Assembly: GCA_026770705.1 (NCBI GenBank)
Contig: JANJGN010000036.1
Location: 806,001 to 870,000, forward strand
From: Isurus oxyrinchus
Taxonomy: Eukaryota
Direction: 5' to 3'
Length of the DNA stretch: 64,000 bases
Part shown: one piece after another, positions 39,783 through 51,009 of the stretch
How the letters are laid out: each line of letters starts with the position of its first letter
Position numbering within the stretch: the first letter of the stretch is position 1
The notes under the pieces: model-generated
What the model was told of the DNA's origin: nothing
What the model saw: only the letters and a program-made list of their open reading frames with translations
Databases searched by the model: none
Made by a program: the position numbers and the translations under genes

Positions 39783-41009
39783 TGATAGGTACGGGAGCCA
39801 TATTTCCCAAAGACTGGCGGATTGTATAAAGCAACATGTCCCTTCTGCTGTTCGCAATGGGCAGCGGAGGGACGTCAAACAACCAGCCAGTGCTTGCAAT
39901 ACCCGAATCAGAGTGTTCAACTTTAGCTGTGATTCTGTGATTGGACAACAATTGCCAATTAATTCCTAGAATTATGCTGACAACCGATGTAAGATTGAAA
40001 GTATGGTGCATTAACTTATAGGGTGAGCTACATGTATCAACAGACAGGGCCCTGTTCTTTGCAGACGGAAAGATCATGTTCACACCTTGTGCCAGTTTTA
40101 GCAAAACAAAGTAAGTGACAGACATTTGCAGGTTCATTCCCCATGAAAATACCATGTCAAAACAGATTGAAACTGCGTGGTTGAAATTTCAATCAATGTT
40201 TGGCGGTTAGCTATCAGTAATCATTCACTTGTGCAGTGCCTCTACAAAATGGTCCACTTGCCATCAACCAGCACTGTCTTCTCATACTTTATCAATATGT
40301 CTTCCCTCATCTTTGCTTTTTTTCTTGCGAATTGCCTTCATGAGTGCAAGATGGAAAACGTAGACAAAAAGTTTTTTTTTCAGCAATGCTCGAATACTTT
40401 TTTTGCAAAGATGTGTCAACACTGGATTACGAAAATACGAAAGCCTAGATGGAAAATGAATACATTCCCGCTCGATAACTTCCCATCATCCTAGTAATTC
40501 TATGATACAACGATAGTTGGGTTGCCATGGCAAGAAATTAATAACATGAATGGTCGCGGTTGTGTGGGCCTTTAGTCTATCATTTAAGTAAAAAGTGCAT
40601 TCAAAGATTTGGAATAAGTTAGAGCTTTCTGCTGCCTGAATGGGAGGCTTCTTGACTCGCCTTATATTACTGTGTGACATCTTAGAATCATACAGTGATA
40701 CAATTGTATCCTGGTGAGCAACACTGTCTCAATTGAATTTTTAAATTCATTGCCTGCTCCCGGGCCTGGATTAAATTTCTAAATGTGAAGCTGTGTAAAG
40801 GCCTGTTACACTTCCTGATTAAAGCCCGTGTTTTCGTCAGAGGGATGAATTGATCAATAAAATGTGTTTTTAGGTGGGCGAGAGTTGTACTTGAATTCAG
40901 TTCATATTGTTTTCTGAAAAGCGTGAAAAGAATGTCTTCCATACAGATCAGCGGCTTCTTTCCAGTTGCAAAGAGGGAGGTTGCTCGGGCAGGAGAGAGG
41001 TGGTAAACC

Positions 41010-42250
41010 TGTATAACATCACATTTCTGCAGTGGGATCTTACATTGCACAAACTGCCCATAGCCTTCCCTACAGTGCAACCATGGTGACACTGCCCACA
41101 TTCAGTTTACTGGGAATTAAATGTGGATTCTCAATATAAAACATGGTTACAGTGTCTTGTATTGTCATTTAAAAAGATAAGACAGGAAGTTCACAGAGTG
41201 CATTTCAATCAAGTTTCATCCCGAGTTAACAAAAGGAACAGAGTTATAGATAGATGTAACGAAAGCAGGACAAAGAGAAAGATGAACAAAAATGGAGGCG
41301 AGATAGGGGCAGAGAGAGCTAGTGAGGAGCAGAAAGAGAGGTGAATGTGCTAGAAGTGGAGAATCCAATGTCTAATATTGAATGTACAAAGAACATCAGG
41401 CCTGGATTGAACGGGTACATCTTGTTGCAGGGGGGCGGGACTATAGTGAATGGGAGAGGGATACAGGGGAATCATCAGTGTTTGCCTGTTTTACAACAAA
41501 GCAGAAAATACATCCAGAGGCGGCAGGTTAAATATAAAGGGAGTGATAAACACTCTGTGAGTGTTTGTTGGTGTGGGGGTCAGGGTGGGGACCTAGTGTT
41601 TGTTCACTGTCCAGCATCCGGATTAAAGCCCCCACCGTTACCGCCACCCTCTTCCAGGGTGTGTGAGTTAAATAAGAAATTAAATTCTGGGACAGTCATG
41701 AGGCACATTAAGCTTCATTTTCTTTGATATTTGTTTCCATTGCCTGAGTTTATGTTCAGGGCATGTGCTTCAAAATGGTGCCCCCCGAGAATGTTTATGT
41801 CAGTGTGTGAGAGCAGTTCTGGGAAATTCCTGTGTCTTTTCGTTTCCTTAATCTTCGATTTCCATTTTCTCTCTGTCTCACGGTCTGACTTTGTTTGGAA
41901 GCTGCAGCTTTTGACGATGAAAATAGAGAATAATTTTGAAACCAGGAATCCCCGGTCAAGAGCTGTAACAAGAGGAAGAGATCAAAATAATTGTATATGT
42001 CTCGTTGTCATGAATTTGCGTATGCAGATAAAAGACATTTTCAAGATAGTCCGTGGGATGGTTAAAATAAGGGGCAGGTTCTGCTGTGTGGCGGGTCATG
42101 GAGGGGGTGAAGTCAGAGCTAAGAAGCTTGAGACTCGCAGCTGCCGAGGGACTCAGGTTTAATTCAATGGATTTCAATGCCCACCCCCCCATCTCTTCCT
42201 GCAACACTGCAATTCCCACCATGTTCATAGCTTTTCATACCTCCCGCTCT
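41010..42250 (-). pseudogene. Second copy of the ITIM/type II receptor-like segment
   Basis: Collinear similarity with 24600-25800. ORF 41956-42228 EEMGGWALKSIELNLSPSAAASLKLLSSDFTP..AEPAPYFNHPTDYL matches ORF 25280-25795; the Tyr and the splice donor are lost. Confidence 0.5.
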
Positions 42251-42274
42251 CAAAATATATATAAATCTAATATA

Positions 42275-42310
<36 letters not shown>

Positions 42311-43265
42311 CTCATGGATTTTCTTTTTTGTCCTGGGGGTGTTTTATTCGGAGACGGCAGTTTGTTCGGAACTAGTGAATTACTCCAACTGATTCTTTGA
42401 ATCCATTGAACACAAACAGCAATCTGATCGGATAAATTCCACTAACCAAACACACTCACTCAAATGCAGCTCACTCAACAGGGCAAAAGCCAGCAAACCG
42501 TCTTGTTGGTGAAACTGTCCGGAGAGAGATTGGGACAGAGATACCGATTAATTTGCACCAAATGATAATGATGTGCACGATCTGAATTAATGTCACGTGC
42601 TCTATTAGCCTCAACCAATAGTGTGGGTCCATTCTGGAGCGGTACAACCTTATCAGCACAGTATTAGGAACCCGAGTCATGCACCTGGACTTTGCGAATT
42701 TCCAGTATCAATTGATGTTTGCTGTTGCCTTTTTTGGAAATAAACTTACAATCGGCCCACTAACAGGGTCGGATATCGATTAGTATCTGGCCTTCACCCA
42801 CAGGTATTTTGACCAGAAATTGCAAGACACTAATCCTTCTTCATAAATGTAGTGACAGGTTATTGGAACCGTCTGGCCGACTTCAGCTGCAAAACTGAAG
42901 GGGCTCTGAGGCAGAGAGTGCTCGGATTCTGCAACCAGACTGATTATTGTTACATTGCCATTGAGAGACAGGAAGCAGCCGCTTTGAAGCACGTGGCCTG
43001 TAATTTAAGAAAGTCACGTCATTGCCTTTAATTATTCTTGGTTAGATTAATTTTCCAATTTGCGTTTTCTTCACTTTACAGAAGGAACCAGTAAATAAAC
43101 TCACATTATCAGATTAAGTTCCTTTCCCTAATCGCTGGGTCAAATTTTGAGCTGGATAAACACTTTTTCTGACTTATTCCTGTTTAAAATTCTCATCCGC
43201 CTCTTACTCATCATAAACCCACAGGACTTGGAAAATGAGCATCAGAGATAACGATTCCTCAGCAT
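42311..43265 (-). pseudogene. Type-B leader-V-C1 pseudogene (B2), head-to-head with A1, 3'-truncated
   Basis: Leader starts 43265 with a 1-nt deletion relative to B1 and a mutated donor. V 42928-~42609 (AAEVGQTVPITC..NFWSK, frameshift, PC*WADC, LEIRKV..LQNGPTLLVE). C1 remnant 42519-42311 (DSFTNKT..CLVSGIY) stops at a (TA)n tract. Confidence 0.8.
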
Positions 43266-45479
43266 CTTGACGAGGTGAGATTTCAAATTGTTACTGCAGG
43301 CGCAGTGATCACTGACTGATCTGAGCTCAGACCCAATGAGCTACTTCACTTTCTGATGTTGCGGAAACTGCGATGAGCTTTGTTATTGAAAGTATGACAC
43401 CATATTAGGTGCGGCTCCTTGTGAATGCCACGTGCATCTGACTTACTGTGAGCCACAGCGGTCAAATGGCAGAATGCTTATAAAGAGCTTCATTGCATTG
43501 TCATTCAGAGAGGTGGTAACAGAAAACTACCTGTATGGGTAGATGTTCAATATTGCAGTTAAAGATTGATTCATTCTCGGGGTAAGCCTCACTTGGAAGG
43601 CCAGAATCTCTTAACCATCTAGAATTGCCTATTGAGAAGGTGGTGGTGAGCTGCCTTCTTAAAGTACTGCCGTCCATGTGGTGTAGGAACACCAAAGTGC
43701 TGTTAGGGAGAGAGTTCCAGGATTTTGACCAAGTGCCAGTTAATGAACTGTGGTTCATTCCAAGTCTGGATGGCGTGTGACTTGGAGGGGAGCTTGCACT
43801 TGTTGGTGATCCATGTATCTGCTGCCCTTGTACTTCTAGGTTGTAGAGGTCGCAGCTTAAGAATGTGAACGCCAGGAAATTAGAAAGTTATGTCACAGTG
43901 TCCAACATAATTTATTCTGCAAACAGGTTGTAAAGGTTCTGGATGCAAGCTTGATAAACACAGAGACTGGAAAATATTGAATCCGACTTCTGTACATTGA
44001 TTTGAATTTTAAGTACGAGTTATTCGTTCTGCAGAATACAAGTTGTACACAGACATGGAGTGGAATTCTAATGGAACAATACGTTCTTGCACTGCACTTA
44101 TCGAGAATCAATTGCAAGATTTTTTTACCACTTCAGTTCTACTCCTTAACATTGCCGTGCACTGTTGTCCTTTCTGTTAAGCCTCATCTATGATATAAAA
44201 TGGCAATGGAGATTAGCCTCAATTCAGCGTTCTGAGCTCAATGTAGAATGGAATTGATAAATGTTTTGATTGATTGACCCCGTGAAGAGTTTCAAACAAT
44301 AACGCATGTTTCACTTTAAATTTTAATCTAAGTGTGACTACAGCAGATCAATGGAAAATTCATTGCACAATTATACCTTTGAAATAACTGTTAAGCTTAT
44401 TTGATGTTAAAGTTTACAAAGTTACAAAGAATTTACAGCACACACCGAATCTCCGTGCTTGAGTTTATGCACCACACGGGCCTCCTCCCAGCCCCTCTTC
44501 ATCTCAGCCCAACAGCTTATTCATTTCTTCCTTTCTCACGCATATGTTTATCCAGCTTCAGGCTTAAACATATCTCTGCAAAACCTCAACCACTTCCTTT
44601 GGGAGCGGGTTCAGCATTCTCCCTCCTTTCTGGGTGAAGGAGTTTCTTCTGAATTCTCGACTGGATTTATCTGACATTGATGACCCTTAGTTACAGAGGA
44701 CCATTGGAACACAGGAGCAGGTTTAGGCCATTTTGCGTTTCGAGCCTGCTCCACCATTTAGTATGATCATGGCCGATCTGGTTGTGGTCTCAAGTCCAGT
44801 TTCGCATCTGCCGCACATAGGCCTTGAGTCCCTTGCCGAAGAAAATTCTGTCGTTCACTGTCTTGAATAAGTTCAAACGCACAGGTGACACTACTTTGTG
44901 GGGAAGATAATTCCACAAACCAACGACCATTTGGGTGACAAAGAAATCTCCTCATCTCTCTCTTAAAATGGAGGCTTTTATCTTTGAAACATGTCCCCTA
45001 GCTTTGTGCACAACAGGAAACATTCACCGGCAGTCTGCGCTGTCAAGGCCCATAAGGAAGATATACCTTTCAATAGGATCACCTTTCATTCCTCTAAACC
45101 CCAATGGGAATTCCTGAATTCCACGGTATTCCCGGTTGGATTTATTGATGACCAATATTTTGGAAATCCTGCCAAAGTAGAGCCATCTTCCCTACGCCTG
45201 CCTAAATGAAGCATTTCATATTTTTAAAGGCCTCGATCGAGTCACCCCTCAATCTTCCCCTTTTATACGAGTAAAGAGTCCCTGCCTGTTTATTTTCCCT
45301 GATAGTTATAAGCTCGCCATATTAGAGTCATCCTTGTTAAATATTAAATGTACCTTTTGAACTGTCTCTGTAACCTTTCTAGGATATGCAGAGCTGTGTT
45401 CTGTATTCCAAGTGTGGTCTAACTAATGTGAATACATACCTGCTGTATTTTGTAAAACAGATGAGTGCGTGACAGCATT

Positions 45480-45505
45480 TGAACCTGCAATAAACAGGAA
45501 ACCCA
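45480..45505 (+). promoter_or_regulatory. Candidate ETS-type site (aCAGGAAa) conserved upstream of type-A leaders
   Basis: aacctgcaataaacaggaaaccc lies about 190 nt before the A1 ATG, and aacctgtaaacaggaaatcc (54348-54367) lies at a similar distance before the A2 leader. The B1 promoter has acaggaagcc on the minus strand at about 9530. Confidence 0.35.
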
Positions 45506-45680
45506 CAGACAGCTGTCTACCTCGGCATCATTTTTCAACCATGTCTTGTATCTATGAATAAACACAGAACGCCATTCAGTCTGTACATTTCACACCTCCT
45601 TCACACCGAGAGATCTGGAGCGAGTTCGCAATGAGATTCGGATTGGGGGCTCAGAGTCTGACTGTCTGAAGTCCCGGACA

Positions 45681-48600
45681 ATGAACTTCCTCGGTGTGTG
45701 TGCATTGTCCCATCTCTTGCAGGGTGAGATATCCTAGCATGTTCAGATAGAGTGGAGAAGAGTTTGGATAGAGTAAATAAGGAGAAACAGTTTCCACTGG
45801 CAGGAGGGTCGGTAACCAGGGGGACACAGATTGAAGAGAATCGGCAATAGAACCAGAGGGGGAGATGAGATTCTATGTTAACTAAGCGAGTTGTTGTGAT
45901 CTGGAAGGCGCTGCCTGAGAAAGCGGTAGAAGCAGATTCAATCGGAACTTTCAAAAGGGAAGTTGGATAAATACTTGAAAGGGAAACAGTTGCACAGGTA
46001 TGCGGGAAGGAGAGGGTTGAGAGCGGGGGCTAACTGGATAAATATCTCAAAGTTCTAGCACTTTGAAGGGCCGAATGACCTTTGCCTGCGCTGTGCGGTG
46101 CTATAAGATGTAATTCAGTTTTCAAGTCCGATATAAAAATAGAGCGAATATAGTTAACAACGTGGGAAATGTTTATTCATCAGGAACAATAAATGGAATT
46201 AATCCGAAATGGATCCTCTTTTGGAATGAAAGATGTGAGTCGGCTCCATTGAAATTATTGGCAATTGAGAAGAGCACAGAGTTTCGAGCAGATTATTAGA
46301 GTGAGTTATAATCTCTGCAACAAAATAAAATGCTCAAAGTCAGCCGAGAAGAAGAGGAATGAGAGAAAAATAAAACAGTCGGAACATTTCGCTTTCAATC
46401 AGTCCTTTTAAGTTATTAACTTCACAGAGTTCTGATTTGTGTACCGCAGTGATTAAATTAGATTTACGGGTGAATGGACTCGTACTGTGCCCTTGGAAAG
46501 ACAGGGGTAAACTATCACAAACAACCGGTTCCGTGCGACTTTTCGATCTGGAGTCTTTTTTAAAAAGGATTTTGCTTCCTCCATATCGTGGTGCCGTCGC
46601 CAGAGTCCGGCTTTAGGAGCGAGGGTGTGCAGGTGCGGGGTGACGGGCTGCTCCATAATCTGAGGTAACTCTTGTTTTTTCTCTCTTTCTCAGTTATTGT
46701 GTCTCAGCCTTTCTTGTCCCAGTCTCCGCCGGTTCAGATACTCCCAGCGGGCAGTCGTGCTGAACTGAGCTGCCACACGGAGAGCTCATTAGTTCATTAC
46801 GCCTTCTGGTACAGAGAGTTGGGGCGAAACGACATGAAGCAGATTTACACAGCGGCCAAGTACCTCCCAGCAGCGGGGAGGTTTTCCAGCGAGATTTCTG
46901 ACAAAGCGGGTAACTATTCACTGCTCATTGCGGATACCCGGAGAAATGATTCTGGAATGTATTACTGTGCAATCCGCAATTACCTGAACAGGGCCTTAAT
47001 ATTCGGAAATGGCTCCCAGTTAGTGATTACAGGTAAATTTCATCAATATTCCTTTGCATTGCGTATTTCTACAGCAATTAAAATTGGTTTCAGCTGTTAA
47101 TGGGGTTTCTGTTTCATTTACTAAATTTAGAGGGCTCCCCGACCATATTCCTCCTCACCCCGCCGGAGGATGAGATTGCTTCGATGGAAAGTGTCCCGTT
47201 GTTGTGTTTGATCAGAGGTTTATCCCCCGGTCCCTTTCCCGTCCGCTGGAATGTTTCCGTGTGGGATATCGAAGGACAGGCAGATTCCGGGACAATTGAG
47301 ACAGACGGGACTTACACTATCAGGAGTTACGCCACCCTCTCGGTGGAAACCTGGAGATCGGGCGCTGCCTGTACTTGCACAGTCCAAATCAACTCCAGTG
47401 AAACTCACCTCAGTGCAAGTGTCTCATCTCAGAGAGGTAGGTATTAACAGTGACGGTTTAACAGTCTGTTCAATGCTGATGGTAGACATTGTCAACTTTG
47501 TAGATTAGAATTGTCCATCTTTCCGTGTGTGTCCATTTGTCATCATTTTATCATTGACTTTTCACTGATCTCTCTATCTTTCAGACTTTAGCTTTCTGAA
47601 AGTTTTACTCTATCTGTCCTCTCTACCCCAGAGAGTTATGGATGTTCATTCACTGGGATAGATTTTTTCACATTAAGGGAATACAGGATGTGGACACGCC
47701 GGAAATATGAAGCTGCAGTATAAGATTAGCCTTTGTCTTATTTAATGGTACACCAACTTTGAGGGACCGAATGGTCTCTTGCGCCCATTTCTTCTGTTGG
47801 TGTGTCTGGTTAGGCATATTGACACTGTTCCATGCCACTGGATGACTTGTCAGTGTGTAAAATTGAAAAGTGTGATTACATTCTCAGTGCACCAAATTGT
47901 CTCATAATGCCATTATACAGTTATCTATTCACCTCTACCTACTTTATATGCGCAATATTTCTGGCTGTCTCACTTAAACGGTCAGTTAAAAGATACCATA
48001 TTTATCTCTTTGGCTACCTGTTTATCTGTCTATCCATCTCTCTCCCTCTCTCCCTCTCTAACTCTCTTTCTCTCTCTCTCTCTCTGTGTCAATCATTATA
48101 TTTCTTTCCTGGTGCCGTTTAATATGTCTACCCCTTCTGTCTGCCTGTCCGACTCTCTCTCTGTTTCTCTCTCTCTGATCTCCTCTCTCCTTTTTCTGCC
48201 TTTCTCTGCTTCTGTATCTCTCAGTTTGTCACTTTATATCTGTCTCATTCACGGTCTCTCTTGTTTTATTTATTGATCTCTCCATTTGTCTAGCTCACTC
48301 TCATGGGATTATCTTGTTCATTTCTGCCATTGGTAAATGGTGCGGTATGAGACATCAAGCCCATTTACCAATCTGCTTATCTCTCTCTTTCTATCCTCTC
48401 TCTCTCTTTCTCTCTCTCTCTGTCTTTCCCTCTCTGTCCTCGTGCACGATTCACTGAAAGCTTGTATGCAGGTACAGCAGGAAATTAGGAAGGCAAATGG
48501 AACTTTGGCAGTTATTGCTAAAGCAATAGACTGTAAAACAGGGAAGTGTTGTTGCAGCTGTAAAAGACATTGCTGAGACCGAACTTGGAGTACTGTGCAC

Positions 48601-51009
48601 AGTTTTGGTCCCCTTATTTGAGGAAGGGTGCAGTTGCATTGGAGGTGGTTCAGAGAAGACTCACTAGATTGATTGCAGAGATGCGGGGCTTGTCTTATGA
48701 GTAGAGATTGAGAAGTTTAGGCCTACACTCGCTGGAGCTTAGAAGGATGAGAGGAGAACTAATTGAGGTACATAAGATTCTAAAGGGGATAGAGAAAGTA
48801 GGCGTGGAATGGATACTTCCCCTGGTGGGACATTCTAGAACGAGAGGCCATTGTTTTAGTCTCAGGGGTGGTAGATTTAAATCAGAGATGAGGAGGAATT
48901 ACTTTTCTCAAAGGGTCGTGAATCTGTGTAATTCACTACCTCAGAGTGCAGTGGCTTCCGGGACGCAGAATAAATTTAAGGAGGAGATAGTCAGGTTTTT
49001 AATTAGTAACGGATTTAAAGGTTATGGGAAGAGGGCGGGAAATTGGAGTTGAGGGCGAAATGAGATCAATGATGATCGTATTGAATGGTGGGGCAGGCTC
49101 GAGAGGCTGGATTGCGTACTCCTGTTCCTAGTTATTATGTTCTTATTTTGGTTTGTCTCTCTCACTCTGTCTCTCTCTTCCTCGCTGTCTTTCTCTTGCC
49201 ACCTGTTTCTCCCTGTCACTAGAACTCTTTCTCTCTATCTCGCTCTCTCTCCCCCTCCCTCTGTCTGCCTCTATCTCTCTTTCATTATGGATGTCTCTAT
49301 CTAATGATTTATCGGTGCATTTCTATCCTAGTTAATCTGTTTTGTATCATATATATGTTTTTTCGATCAGCCCCTCTCCATCACTCTCTATGTTACTATT
49401 TATGTCGTTTTTAAACAGTGCTGTATAAGACCTTGCTCTATTGGCTATCCATCTCTCCACCTCTCTCTGTATTTGTCCTCTCTGTTTCGATCTCAATTTG
49501 CTTCTGTCCTGTTTCAACATTGTTATGTAAGATCCCTGCTCTATTTCAGGACGATGAAGTTGCAAAAAATCAATTTCCCGTTTTCGGGTGAAATCAAACA
49601 TTTTAATTGACACAATTTCTCTTGTTTAATTAATTTCATAAACCTATTTTAAATGAAAGGATTTATTTTGCAGATTCTCCGCCCCCTACCACCTGCAGTG
49701 TCCTGCTTTCCGGGACCTTGTCGGCGGCAGCGCTTCTCCTTCTGGGGATGATCCTTGTGGCCGGGAGAAGGAGCTGCAGGAACCGGCAAAAAGGTAGCGA
49801 TTGTTGGGAGGCGCTGTAACTCCACGTTGCCCTCACTCCATCCATTAACCAATGGGTTATTGACAGTTTCAGCCGGTTCAGTGCGAAATGTAGCCATTCA
49901 CGCTCAGTTCAAATTTTACTTTCTAACAGGAAAATTGAACATTGATGAGCAACTGACAGTTTCCAGAGAACAACGAGAGAATACAGAGGTAAAAGAATGG
50001 ATTACTGTCACCACAACACGTGGATACATTTTACTGAATTCTAATCCAAGGATTACATTTCACAACTATTTTCATATGAGCCTGGAAAACTTTGCATAGT
50101 AGGCACTACAGAATTGGTGAAACTAGGCTTCAATCTCTCGAGTGCAGAATTTAGAATTTCTTTCTCTCACTCTCGCTCTCTCTCCCCTTCCCTCTGTCTG
50201 CCTGTATCTCTCTTTCATTATGGATGTCTCTATCTAATGATTTATCGGTGCATTTCTATCCTAGTTAATCTGTTTTGTATCATATATATGCTTTTTCGAT
50301 CAGCCCCTCTCCATCACTCTCTATGTTACTATTTATGTCGTTTTTAAACAGTGCTGTATAAGACCTTGCTCTATTGGCTATCCATCTCTCCACCTCTCTC
50401 TGTATTATCGGCGCATTATCGGCGCAATTTTGTGATGTCGCCCAAAGCGGGAACTGAATTACCTCCTAATGTTCGCTTTCCAAACAATGAAATATCACTT
50501 GCAGTTTCAGCCAGCTCTCCAAGTTTCTCTTATCTGGTATCTCACCTAGGGTTTTATGGCAGTTAAAGGATATGATAGGCTCAATGGAGAGAAGATTTTC
50601 CATGGTGGGGTTGGGAAGCGGGGAGTCCAGAACAAGAGGAAGAACGTTAACATTAGATCAGCTCGTTCAGATGTGACAGCAGGAAGCACATCGTCACTCA
50701 AAAGCAAGTGGAAATCTGGAAATCTCTCCCCTCAAAAGTTGCTGCGGCTGTGGGATCAATTGGAATTATCAAAACCGAGATTTATAGACTTTTGTTGGGT
50801 AACATGATTAAGGATTATGGAACCATGTTGGGTAGATGGGAGTTATGATACAGATCCGACATGATCTAAGCGAATATGCTGGAGGGGTTGAATGGCCTTC
50901 TCCTAACTCTACAATGATGGTGTTCATTATATTAATCGATTCTGTTTTGACTTTTTCTCCACAGACACATTATGCCCGCCTGGCGTTTAAGGATGATCCC
51001 AGACTCTGA
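45681..51009 (+). CDS. Intact non-rearranging VJ-C1-TM-cytoplasmic Ig-superfamily receptor (gene A1; PRARP/VJC1-like architecture), 6 exons, 303 aa
   Basis: All introns are GT-AG with compatible phases. Leader 45681-45723 (MNFLGVCALSHLLQ); VJ 46694-47032 (LSC..FWY..DSGMYYC..LIFGNGSQLVIT); C1 47131-47436 (SPTIFLLTPP..LLCLIRG..VRW..YTIRSYATL..W..CTC); TM 49674-49793 (DSPPPTTCSVLLSGTLSAAALLLLGMILVAGRRSC); cyt1 49930-49988; cyt2 50965-51009 (THYARLAFKDDPRL*). Total 912 nt with no internal stop. Confidence 0.88.
46694..47032 (+). CDS. Gene A1 exon 2: V-set domain with germline-joined J segment
   Basis: ORF 46672-47100 has the B-strand Cys, C-strand WY, DxGxYYC and FGNGSQLVI in one exon. Acceptor ttctcag at 46693, donor ACAG|gtaaat at 47032. 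Confidence 0.95.
47131..47436 (+). CDS. Gene A1 exon 3: C1-set Ig domain
   Basis: ORF 47100-47447 shows PTIFLLxP, LLCLI, VRWN, DGTYTIRS.. and W..CxC, a C1 pattern as in Ig/TCR constant domains. A 98-nt intron separates it from the V exon. Confidence 0.93.
48437..49145 (+). mobile_element. CR1 LINE 3' fragment in the A1 C1-TM intron
   Basis: ORF 48708-49052 LGLHSLELRRMRGELIEV..RTRGH..RRNYFSQRVVN, closely similar to 59663-60365. Confidence 0.9.
50151..50539 (+). repeat. Chimeric local duplication inside A1 intron 5 (copy of 49220-49471 fused to a copy of 51121-51250)
   Basis: Near-identical sequence to both donor segments; the junction carries a tandem attatcggcgc attatcggcgc. Confidence 0.92.

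Larger units (their letters stand above)
32836..40100 (+). mobile_element. Second-family Penelope-like (GIY-YIG) fragment split by the Gypsy provirus (32836-33010 and 39783-40100)
   Basis: The left part reads KVSQKF..IFTTNRML..NVVNEFHCQC. The right part resumes RYGSHISQRLADCIKQHVP..ATCINRQGPVLCRRKDHVHTL. Confidence 0.75.

Noticed and set aside
46960-47035. A1 as a rearranging TCR/Ig V or J segment with RSS
   Set aside because: V and J are contiguous in one exon, no CACAGTG-spacer-ACAAAAACC flanks them, and the TM lacks the charged residues of TCR chains.
48437-49145. CR1 in the C1-TM intron of both A1 and A2 as one shared ancestral insertion
   Set aside because: The 3' flanks differ and the CR1 copies look more alike than the surrounding exons, which favours independent insertions. 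Not formally aligned.
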